Assembly: GCF_009834535.1 (NCBI RefSeq) | Contig: NC_045732.1 | Span: 36,022,001 to 36,086,000 of the forward strand | DNA from: Camelus ferus | Taxonomy: Eukaryota | Direction of reading: 5' to 3' | Length of the DNA: 64,000 nucleotides | Shown here: piece after piece, positions 1 to 12,604 of the stretch | Layout of the letters: each line of letters begins with the position of its first letter | Numbering within the stretch: the first letter of the stretch is position 1 | Made by a program: the position numbers and the translations under genes | Notes under the pieces: model-generated | Told to the model about the DNA's origin: nothing | What the model saw: the letters and a program-made list of their open reading frames with translations, nothing else | The model's database searches: none

Positions 1-1410
1 AACTAAATATGCAAAACTATTTTTATAAATAAGAAGGCTGATAATTAAAGCGAGGCAAGAGTTTAGTTTGGTAAGTTTTTAACAAAAAAAAATCCAAAGG
101 ATTATCTCTTATAAATTTTGGTCTACATCTGGATTAAAAGAATGGTATTTTTAATTCTCAAAGCTCGCCTGAACTATCCTCCAAATCTTCCTAAGTCTAA
201 AGAACCATAAAGTTAAAATGGTCTTTGCCGTCTTCTTTTAGATTTATCTAGGTCATAAAAAAAAAGAAAAAACTATAAATGAAATTTTATTCAAGGCTGT
301 TCTATAGATTATTGTCAATCACTAACCAATAATACACGTAAAGTTTATTAAAATATAGAGAATTGAATATATAAGGAATATAATATAACGGAGACTATTA
401 ACCAATAATACATCTTAGAAGTTCGCAAATCAAAGTCAAAGAAAAGAATTAAGTTCCAACTGAAAATGGCAAATTATATAATTCTATTATCTAATAATTA
501 AGAAGACAGCTAAACCCCAGGGACAGGTGGCAGAGCTGTAACCAAGGTACTCACTGCTCAAGTCCTATTCACAGTGCAAATAAATGAAACAGAGACAACA
601 ATAAACAAACAAACAAGCATCCATTCTGGCTAAAGACCATTTATTTGAGGTACACAGAGTGGGAAAGAGACTTTAAAGGAAGGAAAAGACTAATTAAAAG
701 TTAAGCCTGCCATCTGCTGTTGGAAAACCAGTTTGGGACTGGGATAAAGACCATTTCTTGCAACATTCACCTAGAATTTGAAGAGCTTCCTCTCCAGAAT
801 TAGAGCAAGGGTGGCCGATAAACCACACCAAGAAGTAAAGAAACCCGCTGATGTTTAATGACAGATATAAAATGATATTCTCATCAAAGTTTCACTATAG
901 AAATGAAAGAAATGCTGCTTCGTGGGTCATTCAACTGAAGGAAGAGGAGACATGCCTGTCTTTTGAAGGCATTACCTGGATGATTCTCTTTTGCACCCCC
1001 ACCCCACCCCCATAATTTGCATCCTTAACTGTAGAAACTGTCATTTTTGGAGAAAAAATTGGACCCCAAGCACTGTAAGGGCAGTAAATGAAGAGGGATG
1101 AACAATTTCATAGCCTCACCAGGATGTTAACTTTCCTGAGCCAAAATTGCCAAGTTTGGCTCTAGGTGTCTAGATGGTCCCTCCAGCCCACGTCCGTGAT
1201 ATTTCACGTGTTTTAGCACATGTAGCCAGCAGCCTTCTGTAACCAAACAGGAATACAGTCCACCACTGCAGCTTCTATTATGGATTTGACAGAACACACA
1301 GCACTGTGTTCCTCCAGCAAAGAGTTTACTTCAAAAGTGAACAAAAGTTGTCTCCCTTGGTGTCAATCTCATGTTAAGTGTTCTGACTACACATACGTTA
1401 AAAAAAAAAA

Positions 1411-1573
1411 GGACAGAAGGGAGCTATGGGAGGTACTGGACATGTCTATGACCTTGACTGTGGTGACGGTATCATGGGTGTTCATTCGCGTCTAAAAGCA
1501 TCCAATTCTACACATTAAATACGTGCAGGTTCTCTGTATATTAAGTCTACCTCAATGAAGTTGTTTACAAAAA
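1411..1573 (+). mobile_element. Ancient L1 (L1MB/L1MC-type) 3' end fragment
   Basis: ggaggtactggacatgtctatgaccttgactgtggtgacggtatcatgggtg...ctacctcaatgaagttgtt resembles the L1M 3' terminus. Confidence 0.75.
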
Positions 1574-3229
1574 GACAAACAGACAAAATAACTGCCTTCC
1601 ACATGGCTAAAAACAAAGAGTCTAATTAACTCTTAACTAGCCCAGGAAGAAATGCACACGGATATACGCAGGGTACCACGGGGTGAAATTGTGCCAGAGG
1701 GAAAACCAACTTTTTAAATACAGGTGTCTAATTAAAGTATGTTCTTGTGAACTTGGATTCCTCGCGTGTTACGTTAGAGGCTTGGAACCAGGGTCTCACC
1801 ATAACCAGCTCGTGGTTGTAGCCCGGCCAACTCCTGCATACCTGAGATCCTGTGACCACACAGACCGAAAACATTTACACCAGCTGATGGTCACTTGATT
1901 CGCACATCGCTTATTTAGTAAATTGCTCTGCAAGTCAACTTGAAGACTGAGGTGAACATTTTCCGAGATGTTCCTGCTCATTTTTTTTTTTCAAAAAAAC
2001 AAAACAAAACAAAACTATTCCCTGCCAGATAATTCTAGTCTGAACAGGCCTGGGAAAGGATGGGGTTGGCACAAGATCCTAAAACAAGCTTCTAAAGGCG
2101 AAACCACTCACAGCCCATAAAGACAGACTCAGACCAGTTCTTCCAAAATAATACTCAGCAATTAGGCACATGCCTTTAATCCGTCTCAACAAAAAACCAA
2201 ATTTTTTAAAAAATAATCATCGGATAAAAACACTAATCATTTTACTCATTAAAAGCAATTCAGAGAAAAAGTAGAGTTTTCACCTAAGTAACTGCCTTTT
2301 TCAGGACAAGTTACATAAATGAATTGCACTAAAGCCATGTGCAAATCTCTCTTCTCTGTCACTCCCTCCCTCTCTGAAAGAAATTCCTAAATTCTCTTTA
2401 CCCAATGTCAGCAGTGTGCAATAGTGGTGAGGCACTCCTATCATTGAGAAAAAAGACACAAAATAATTTGCATTCTATCCATGCTAAGTGAAAAAAAAAA
2501 AGATTAGCAAAATAAGGTGACTGTCTTCTAAACCTGTAAATAATAGAAAAAAAACAGATCTCCCAAGAATTCCTGACTTAGATTTTTCATCACCATCAAC
2601 CCATTACTATTCTAGACTATTGCTGGGGTCTTTCTAAATTTGGTCTCATTTCTAAGCCTTGGCCTGTTTTCTAAAGGTACCGACATCATATACACCTAAT
2701 ATTGCAGGTTTTATTTATAATAGAATCTCTACCAAGCCTCTATACAGAACTCCTTTTGTCACTGAAAGTTCTCATGGTATAAAACTCTTCGCTTGGTCTC
2801 CCTTGACCCTTCCCATCAAGTTTCACTCAGCTCAGATGGATAAGGGAGGAGCAGACCCTTGGGCCTCTGCATCTTGCTTGCCCAGTTCCCCTTCACTCTG
2901 CTGGGCCTGGCTCGGAGACTTTTCTAGAATGTTCGAGAAGGGGGCTTCTTGAAGGCCTCCTTAGTTGCGTGCTACTCAGGGCCAGCTCCCTGATCCCTCA
3001 GTCTGTGTTCCAGAAACTCATGCCAAATTGTTCTTCAATTATTTGTTTAGAAACAAGTCTCCCTGTGAGAACGTACTCTTTTGAAGGTAAGGATTGAGTC
3101 CCAATCGTTGGGGATTTCCCCAGGCACTGGAACTACACACTGGATCACAGTCATCTTTTAATAAATATTTGTCAAATAAAGAAATCTGAGTGAAGGGCCT
3201 GGCACCTGTACTGATACACTTCAAAAAAC

Positions 3230-3414
3230 AAATAACCAACAATCAGGTTCTACTGTAGAGCTCAGGGAGCTAAAGTCAATACCTTGTAATAACTTATAAT
3301 GAAAAAGGATATGAAAAAGAATATATAAATGTATGTGTAACCGAATCACTATGCTATCCACTAGAGATTAACACAACATTGTAAATCAACTATACTTCAA
3401 TTAAAAAAAAAAAA
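3230..3414 (+). mobile_element. Young cetartiodactyl-type L1 3' end with poly-A
   Basis: ttctactgtagagctcagggagc...aacacaacattgtaaatcaactatacttcaattaaaaaaa. The same motif recurs at 26.6k, 34.5k, 39.4k and 40.6k. Confidence 0.85.
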
Positions 3415-6053
3415 GACCCTGAGAAAAAAAAAATAACCAAAAACAGTGGGAGAGTATCTCCGTTTCAGGAAAATTCTTCTATTTCTTTACTCTTTAAATA
3501 TTACTCATGTCCCATCTTAGTTTTAGGGTAACTTTCTACAATATTTGTTGGTGCTTCTAGGATCAAGCTATTTGTAAAGGAATATATTTTCCCAGCAGAA
3601 GTGTGGACTAGTGAAAGCACTGTCTCAAAGTGAACATTTCAATACAATCCCTTGTAGCATGGAAGAGTCCTTGAAACTCAGGAAAGCTATCCCAACTGCC
3701 TTCCTTCGTCAGAGAAGTAAACTCTGATGAAAGGGGAAAATCAACACAATTGAACAGGTGATGGCGAAGGGTTGGGAGAAGAGGACAGAAGAAAGAACAA
3801 AGGGAACATCCATTGTTGCAATTTCCCCTGCCTGTGATGGCTGTGAAATGAAGTATATTCTGTGGTCAAATGAAGCCTCTTCCCCAAATCTTCGATATCC
3901 ACCAGGCGTTCACACTGGGCTTCAATTATTATGAGGTCAATGGTCGTATGTTGATTTCTAAAATTGTGTGCTTTGCGTAAATGGCTCATACCACAAAAGA
4001 AGGCAAGGGGAGGCAGCTAAGAGGTAAGTGTGAAGATACGGAGGTGCTAATAAAAACGATTAGAAAAGGATGGTGGGCTAAAGATATCAAGTATCAGCCT
4101 TTCTGATACTATCTGATGACCTAGCAGATACGACACCCACAAGACAGCAAAGAGGAACAGGAGGAAGATGTGAATTCTACTTGGGTAACTAACAAAGAGA
4201 AAATGGGAAAGTTAATTGAGATTTATAACGACTGCTCTGGTACGTGTTAAATGAAGGAAAAGGGGGGGGGGGGAATTGGCTATTTGTAAACTTCTAGAGA
4301 ATGGAAGACAGCAACATAAAGTCCTAACCTACACAATCAAGTATTTGCCCCCAGAGTGGTTACCGCCCAGTGGATGTGGGATTGGTTCTTCAACTGGACA
4401 TAAGGAAACCAAAAGTTGTTTGGTGGTAATAACTCAATATACAAACTAAGGGCCTGAAAAGCCTTGATTTTTTGCCTCTTTCTTCTCTCCTTCTCAGTTG
4501 ATGCTGGACTACGTCTATGCATCATTTTGGGATTTGGGGATCTGGGGAATTTTGAAAAGGTATGGACGATTTTGTAGAACAAATGTTAAGTGTTTAAAGC
4601 AATGCTATCAATCTAATTAAAAATCAGATTCAAAACCATAATGTAAGAAAAGATCAAAAGATCAAGCTTGCAGCTTACAATGGGAGATGAATTTTTGAGA
4701 TCGTCACCAAAGTCATCTGGAATGTAAAAGGAAAAAGGGATATTGAAGAAGGAGGGCCATTGAAAGTGACAAAGATCAGGGAGGAGCGATGATCGGTCAA
4801 CACAGCCAAAAAGGGGTAGCAGAGAAGCCCAGAGCCCCACCACAACCCCAAGGCACTCATCAACGGGGCGACAGCTCCAAGGGGGTCCCATGAACTAGGC
4901 AGAAGAAGAAGTTTATGAGATGGAGAAAACCAGAAGGTTGGGAGGGGAAGGATATGGGACCAGTGACTCTCAGGAGTCTTAAAAAAAAAAAAAAGTTAGA
5001 AAAGGTGAGCACCTGGAATCCAAGAGAAAGGGGAGATTATTCACCAGCCTGGGAAAAGTCAAGAGATGAGGGGAGGAAGTCTTTCTTCCTGTGCGGGGTC
5101 GGGGAGTGGGGAACAGCAGCAGTAGCAAACTTTATCGCTAGGTTGATAGGGAAAATGACAGAAACAAAATTACTGTTTGTACTGATGGTAAGTAACGTGG
5201 GGGAAATCTGGTTCCTCTTTCTATGAGTGGAGAAAGAAGTCAGGAGAGGGACTTGGCACTAAAGGATAGTACAACCTTGAAGGGTTGAAGAAGGACAAGA
5301 GAATGTGTGTGTGTGTGTTGTGGCGGGTGATCTGGGAGAGTGTAAATAGTGATGTGTTGCAGGGGTTAATTTCCAGTCAAAAAGGAATAGAGAAATCCTC
5401 TCATGGAGAGAAAAGGCGGGGTAGAAAGGAGCTCAGAAATGAAGCGGAACCCTCATCGTCTGATGGGAACACACTAGACGTTAGATGGTGACTCTAGAGG
5501 AAGAGTCAACCTCAAAACCTGATGAACAATCCGAACCACAAGACCAAGCCTTCCTGGGATACCCAGCTTGTGTCTCTAGATCCTGTCGGTTAGATGTCAC
5601 AAGGCAGGAATGATCCAAGTTTCCTAAGCCCAGAACTGTCTGCTCCCCTTCCCGACTCAACGTCCCGAACCCCATGTTCATTCTCCTGCCTCCCATTCCT
5701 AGCTCATAGTCAATGGCATGGAGACTGTTCAAATTTCTCACCGACAATTGCTAGTCATTCTGACACGCTCTGTCTTCCAAGTCTTATCTTGATTAAACTT
5801 TCTGGAGTCTGAGGAACAAACTATAAAACCACACTCCATATGGTGAGAATCCTTTTCATGCTGAGAGGTCAAACTCATCCTCCTACTGCGATCACTAAAA
5901 AGTTAATGCAAACCCTATGCAGATGGGAGGGAGCTCTCATGTCCATCATCATTTTTTTTTCATGTCTGCCCCTATGGAAGCCAGGACGGGCCACGGAGTC
6001 AGGGATGGAATCAATGAAGGTACTTAAAAGGGCAGAATCTAGAGGATTCGGTG

Positions 6054-6056
<3 letters not shown>

Positions 6057-6104
<48 letters not shown>
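6057..6104 (+). repeat. (CA)24 microsatellite; a second interrupted CA tract lies at ~6290-6327
   Basis: Read directly from sequence. Confidence 0.97.
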
Positions 6105-6108
<4 letters not shown>

Positions 6109-6292
6109 CAAAATAGGTAGTCCCTCAATTGGGTTTCATCCTTAGACAAAAACCTCAGACATGCCAGTAGAGACAGACAGAAAACTCTTAGGAAAACTGT
6201 CATTTTACCAATCTATCAAATAACAGGTTACAAAACATTACCCAAAGTGTGTTCTTTGAAGTATTAAACCAAGAGATGATTCACACAGACAT

Positions 6293-6325
<33 letters not shown>

Positions 6326-7877
6326 CAAAAACCCCACACAGTTCTCTGAATCTATTAAATTTGGGAAATGTTACAAATGCACCATATGTGCCTCTTGAAG
6401 TTTCAATACAAATATGAAAGGTTCTGAGAAGTCCTGCAGGAAAGAAACCTCTTCAATGTTCAACCCAGATTTTCCTGAACTTACTGGACCGTGGAATTTT
6501 TTTTTTCCTATCTCCTGAAAATATGTTTTGTGAAATGCCATCCTAGACAGTACTCAAGGTTCTACTGGTCCCCACACTGTGTATCGTGTACGCTGGGGAG
6601 AAGTTGGGTGACAACAGACCTGTCAAGAATTCTGCTGAGGCAGCTGCCCCCAAACCAGGGATGTAAAAAGGAAGAGGGATACAGAAGAGAGAGGGCCACT
6701 GAAAGTGAGAAAGAACGAAGAGGGATGTCAATCAACACAGCCAAGGGGCAAAGGGATGCCAGGCATGGGCCAATCTTCTTGGCTGAGTAAACTCAAATGG
6801 TACCTGCTTTTAGCTCTACTTTTGTCTCCTTTCAAAGCCACCGGTTTCAGTCACTTGGGCCAAACTAATGACTGTTTAGATCTTTAAAAGAAGAACTGAA
6901 AATAATCCAGTGTACTAGATTTCATTTATTATGAAACATGGCAACCTTGATGGAAGTCCTAGTGCAACTGATGGAAATAAGCTGTCATGTTTCCCTGTTG
7001 GCTTAACAAAGCCACTCGCTCAGTACCGTGCCATCAGTCATCAGGCCGGATGAAGGCGGTCACATAGTGAATGTCAACACCCGCTGCGTATACAGTACTG
7101 TCTGGCGCTCACAGCTGTTTCACATCCGAGTCTTTGCCCCTTGCAACAACCTCGTGATGCCTGCCGTTGTGTTCTTATCTATTTACAGATGGGGGAGCAG
7201 GATTAGAGGGGATCACTGCCATGAACACCTCATCTGCAAATAGAAGGGACCGCCCAACAAATTGGTAAGCAAAAAGTCCTCGCCAAATACTCAGTGACAT
7301 GAGTTTGGGGAAGCAGCAAGGTGCCCTGGGAAGAATGGCAACTCTGCCAGAGATGATGGGGGCTCTGTGATCCAGGCAAACAACTGTCATGGGATCACTG
7401 AGACGACCACCCACACAAAATGAGGCTTATGCACGTACTTCATGAATTCAAACAGAAGACATTCTACTTCTCTGACAATGATGGAACATGAAGGTAGTAT
7501 TTCCCTGTCTTTGCGATCTGAATCCTGCTCCAAATGCTTTAATCCGCATCAGACAGTGAGTGCCACTGTAGCTGTGTTTAAGTGCAAATTCTAACCAACC
7601 AGGCAGGCGGCTGCTCCCACAGTGCTGGACAAGATAATTTTCTGAACCACTTGTTACACACCTTGTAAACAGGAGGAACTAAAGTGGTAACGTTTACTAT
7701 GTTCACCACTTAACTGTGGTTTCTCATCTGTACTAGAAGGTTCTATTTCTATCCCCAGACCATTAAAACTTCACCAGGCATTTTCTTTCCTAAGAGATGT
7801 TACGTCTTTCCTTTGCCAGATGAGAGCACTTTAAAACCCCTCCATCCACTGTAACAATGATGGCTCATTTTTTAAAG

Positions 7878-8745
7878 TTTTTTTTTTTTTAAATTGAGGA
7901 ATAACTAACACACAATAAACTGCATATATTTAAAGCATACAATTTGATACTTTTTGGCATACGTATACACCCACGAAACCATCACCACCATCAAGGTAGT
8001 GAAATTATCCACCAGCCCGAATGTTTCCTCGTGTTCTTTTATAATCACTCCTGCTTGCCGCCCCTACAGATCTGCTTTCTGACATTACAGATTTCTTTGC
8101 ATTTTCTAGAATTGCATATAAATGGAATCATACAGTATGTACTATTTTTTTTTTTTTTTTTTGGTCTGGCTTCTTTGACTGAGTGCAAGGTCATCTGTGC
8201 TGTTGACTACATCCTATATCAATAGGTCAGTCTTTCTCATTATTGAGTTGTACCCATTGTATGAATACGCTACCATTTGGTGATCATTCACCTGCTGATG
8301 GATGTCAGGGTTGGTTCCAGTTTTTAGCCATTACTTTTAAAACTGCTGTAAACATTCATCTATAAGTCTTCATACAGACATACGCTTTTTTTTTTTTCTC
8401 TAGGAGTGGAATTCCTGGATCCAATGGTAGGTGTATGTTTACCATTTTAAGAAACTGCAAAACTGTCTTCCAAGATGTTGGTACCATTTTATGTTTCTAC
8501 CTACATGTATCCTGAGAGTTCTCAATCCTCCAAAATCATGGCAACACTTGGGGTGGTCAGCTTTTTTAAGTGTAGACATTCAAACAGGTGTGTAGCGGTC
8601 GTTTTGCTTTGCATTTTTCTAATGACTAATGATGTTGAACATCTTTTCATGTGCATATCTGTCATTTGTATATCGTCTTTAGTGAAGTGTCTGTCATCCA
8701 TTCATCCATTTTTTTCCCTATGTTGTCTGTTTTCTTACTATTGAA
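7878..8745 (-). mobile_element. L1MB-type fragment (ORF2 end plus 3' UTR)
   Basis: Starts with poly-T then aaattgagg...aaactgcatatatttaaag...atggaatcatacagtatgt...ctaatgactaatgatgttgaacatcttttcatgtg, the reverse complement of the L1MB 3' region. Confidence 0.85.
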
Positions 8746-9352
8746 AACTCCATCAGTTTTAATGGGTGGTCCAAGACTGGTAACTAACAACTCAATCAAA
8801 ATTTTACATAATTCATGAGGGCCCAAGAGAATAAACGATTCACAGTGATTATTTCCTAAAACCTATGCTGAGCTAAAATATTCTCTCAATGGTATGACGA
8901 GCTTGAAATTCTTTTAAAGCTTTTAAAGAACTTAATTATTTTTATCAGTATTGCTACTAGGTTCAGAACTTAATGAGTAAACAGAATAATTCTCTTTCCA
9001 TATATTCCAGTAGAACATAAACCATTTTAGCTCTTCCTCAGTGCATTAGCTGAAAATCACCAAAGGTTGTCTCTAAGCTCCAATTCACACTGTGTACTAA
9101 TCACATTCTTATTCTGTAAGACTTCATTTCACAAAAATAATTCTTTGATGTCAAACTTGGGCCCACATTCCAAAAGTGATGAAGGCTGAAAACCTCCACT
9201 GCATTGTTTCTGCAAATGGTAACAGCTAAAATGTGATTTGCAGGCACAGAGAAGAATTCTCCTTTAAGTTCTGGAGAGGAGGCTAGATTTGAGGACCACG
9301 ACAGGCTTTCCTTTGAGGAAAAGCAGGCTGAGCTCTGCTGTGCAGGGCCATT

Positions 9353-9508
9353 NNNNNNNNNNNNNNNNNNNNNNNNNNNNNNNNNNNNNNNNNNNNNNNN
9401 NNNNNNNNNNNNNNNNNNNNNNNNNNNNNNNNNNNNNNNNNNNNNNNNNNNNNNNNNNNNNNNNNNNNNNNNNNNNNNNNNNNNNNNNNNNNNNNNNNNN
9501 NNNNNNNN
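9353..9508. other. N-run (156 nt). Other N-runs: 12257-12356, 54648-54777, 59323-59520, 61398-61555
   Basis: Read directly. ORFs spanning these runs are inflated artefacts. Confidence 0.98.
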
Positions 9509-10875
9509 CGTACCAGAATAGACGCCAGTCAAAAGCAGAAATATCAAGGTCTGAGACCAGGGGCAACAAATTGCCTGTTTATATGGGGGAAGAAAGGGGG
9601 AAATCCCCAGGGCACATGGGGCAAAACGGCTCAAGCCCCAGGAGACCATCAGATGTGATCAGCCTGAGAGGAAAGACCGAACAGAACACATGATTTTAGG
9701 GGTAATCCGTGTGTTTTCCTCTGTATATTACACTTAGAAAGTAGATTCAGTTAAGACAGCTGTATGCAGGGGGAGAGGAGGGGAGACGATGTCTTGAATG
9801 CCCATTCCTGAATTCCTTGCTCAGTAAATCAGGAACACACCCCTCATCTCCCAGGAGATAAGCAGGAATAGACATCCGGCCAGGGCTCAAGGACACCTGG
9901 GCTGAGGACCAGAGAGATGTGCAGGTACCCTGAGGCTCCCCTACATCCTTCCTTCTCCATGTCTACATCATCCTCTCTCAGCTCCCAATGCAGTTCATCC
10001 AAGTGGGTCAGCTTCCTCCTGACGGGCGAACTCTCATTCCCTTGCCCAACGCAGAGGTCCTACCTGAGGGGGAGGACGGGAAGGAGCAAACGAGGCCCTC
10101 CTCCACGAAACCCTCCATGTTCCCAAATTGCTGATTTCTCCTCCCCACAAGTGAAACTGTCATTCTCTCAGTCAGTTTCAGCCAGAGGCGGGGAGGAAAT
10201 CCGGTCCAGTTGAACGAAACTATAAATGACAAAACCATTAACTCTTTTCTGCAGGTGGGTTCCTGGCTAAAAGAATATGAGTGTTAACCCAAATGCATAA
10301 CTAACTAGTCAGGCTAGGTCGGGCGAGGTGATAAAAATTAGATACAAAGTCTCAGATGGTGTAAAAATAAGAGAAACCTGGACAATACCTGCAAGTAGCT
10401 ACCGAGTAACTGTGAAGAACTGTATGTTATCGGACCTGGTTTCACGGTCCCACGTTGATAAAACGATGTGTATATATGTTCTGTGTCTCATCTCCCTGAT
10501 GTGATGTCTCTTAACATGTAAAATTCCAGAAAACGGAAACTGTACCTACCTTACACAAAAGGTAGGACTTTGAATATCAGATTATGGCAATGAAAGACTG
10601 ACTACGGGTTGCAATCCATTTATAGCAATTAACTCTATCTTTAAGAAACTGCAAAAGTGTTTTTAACACAAATTTAAAGAAAAAAAGTAGATACAATCCT
10701 ATTCTTCCCAACCGGTCAACTGCGTTTTTCTTCTCTTTTTGCCTCCAATTGTAAAATGTTCAAACAGTAAATTTTCCTCCAGAATTAGAAGAGGGAACCT
10801 GTCAAGTGATTGAACATAAAACTAGGTGCTACCAAAAAAACCAAAAAATAACAACACTTTTAAAGGCAGACTTAC

Positions 10876-10994
10876 CTAAAAACCACGCAGTTCAAACGTC
10901 TAAACCATCTATCACTGAGGGTAAAATCAGCAAAGATGTTCCCCATGGAAAGTGAGTTTGGGACAAGTATAAATTGAATCAAAGCATCCCACTG
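10876..10994 (-). other. Candidate exon ending in consensus donor AG|GTAAGT; contains ATG-initiated MGNIFADFTLSDRWFRRLNCVVF
   Basis: Plus strand acttacctaaaaacc at 10870-10884. ATG at 10946-10944 is open to the donor. The acceptor or TSS side is uncertain. Confidence 0.3.
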
Positions 10995-11289
10995 CTAGAA
11001 AACTTGCTATTGCTAGAAAACAGAGCCTCTGAGGAATAGATGTGACAGAAAAAAATGACCCACTTTTGGATCTTTAGCTGATAAGGAATTGTCACCTCAG
11101 CTTTACCTTTCTTTACCAACATTTTCATCCCATAATCGTTTAAATGACAAAAGTAGCGTTTTACCGAAAGAGAGCCCTATGCAACTTGTACACCACCTGG
11201 GTATGAGGCACGATGGGCTGGACTCTCCAGGATCCCTACATAAATCACCTGTACCTTCAGAACCCCATCCTCCATCCCTTCGCTTATCA

Positions 11290-11820
11290 TCTCCCACTTT
11301 CCGGCAGCTTCTTGCTATGGCCCACAGGGCCCTACGTGATCTGCAATTCACTACCTCCCAGAGCTCATCGACTACTTTCCCCCTCGCTTGCTGTTCTACA
11401 ACGACCTCTTTTCTGTCCCTTGAACACACCAAGCTTGCTGTCACCTCCACTGCAAATGGTTCTGTTTTCTCTGCCTGGAATCCTCTTTGCCGAGATACGC
11501 GCATGGCCGGCTCCTCACTTCCCACGGGTAAGGCTCTGCACGAATATTGCAGCAGAGAGGACTTTTCTGTCAGCCTTGGATAAAGCAGCGCTTTCCCAGA
11601 CCCCTGGGTACTCCCTATGTGTCTGATCAGGTTTGATTTTTCTCTCTAGCACCTTCTGACGCCCAGCATATACTTACTTGTTCGATCATTTGTCAGTTTC
11701 CATCCCCTCACCTCCCCACCCCATGCAATCAGGGCCCCTGCTCGCTGCTGTATTCCCAGACCAAGAACCCCATCTGGCATATGGGAGGTGTGCAATACAT
11801 TGCTGTAAAATGAACATTTC
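11290..11820 (+). mobile_element. L2 3' portion
   Basis: cagggccctacgtgatctg...cttgaacacaccaagc...ctctgcctggaatcctct...atctggcatatgggaggtgtgcaatacattgctgtaaaatgaa resembles the L2 3' end. Confidence 0.75.
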
Positions 11821-12484
11821 CCACATGACATCTTTGTTCATTGTTCCGCTACGAGCTTATGAGGTCCGGTTGGCACCTGGGACAATTTTTGTTAACATCT
11901 TATCAAATCCCCCATCCTTCACGGGCCAGGTGGACAGGAGCTGAAGGAAAGTGATCATTTCTCCAGCATTCAGAGAAACTGTGCAGGGGTTGGGGGCGGG
12001 GAGTGGAGAGAGAAGTGTTTCTTTATACTTTCCCTGCTAGCCAAGGGTAGAAGATCAGGAAGAATCTTTTTTAGAATATGGCTCCCAGACAGGATGGAGG
12101 AAAAGGTAGAAATTTACTATCTTTATCAACCTAGCTTTTCCCAGTCAGTCCTTATTTGATCTTGCTCAGAGAGAAGAGCCCTGAGATGATGAGCCCTCCT
12201 TTTAGAGGGAGACCCTCTAAATGGTTTTGTTTTTAAATCCACATTCATATTCCTTCNNNNNNNNNNNNNNNNNNNNNNNNNNNNNNNNNNNNNNNNNNNN
12301 NNNNNNNNNNNNNNNNNNNNNNNNNNNNNNNNNNNNNNNNNNNNNNNNNNNNNNNNTTCAAAGGTGGGGGGGGAATAACACAATGAGTGAAAAGCAGGCT
12401 TAAAGGAAGTTTTTTAGACCCCCTTGTTCACCCCAAAACAGGATAGACCACAACGCCTCCTTTTTCTTTTAATCAAATTTCCAA

Positions 12485-12604
12485 GGGGAGGGCATAGCTC
12501 AAGAGGTAGAGCGCATGCTTAGCATAGATAAGGTCCCAGGTTCAATCCCCGGTACTTCCTCTAAAAATAAATAAATAAGTAAACCTAACTACCTCCCCCT
12601 CAAG
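12485..12604 (+). mobile_element. tRNA-Ala-derived SINE (camelid vic-1 type)
   Basis: ggggagggcatagctcaagaggtagagcgcatgcttagcat...ggttcaatccccggtacttcc followed by an AT-rich aaataaataa/cctaactacctcccc tail. Confidence 0.85.

Noticed and set aside
1842-1981. Minus-strand ORF MSRNISENV... ending at donor CAG|GTATGC
   Set aside because: The only upstream AG follows an A-run rather than a pyrimidine tract, and there is no promoter evidence or recognisable peptide.
3700-7400. Possible intact ERV, endogenous non-retroviral viral element or NUMT
   Set aside because: No gag/pol/env, viral or mitochondrial motifs in the frames I read, and no paired LTR, PBS or PPT. Only the short unexplained direct repeat was kept as a finding.
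9101-9693. ORFs of 101-182 aa spanning the N-run (likewise at 12.2, 54.6 and 61.4 kb)
   Set aside because: Their length comes from untranslatable Ns, and the flanking residues match nothing I recognise.
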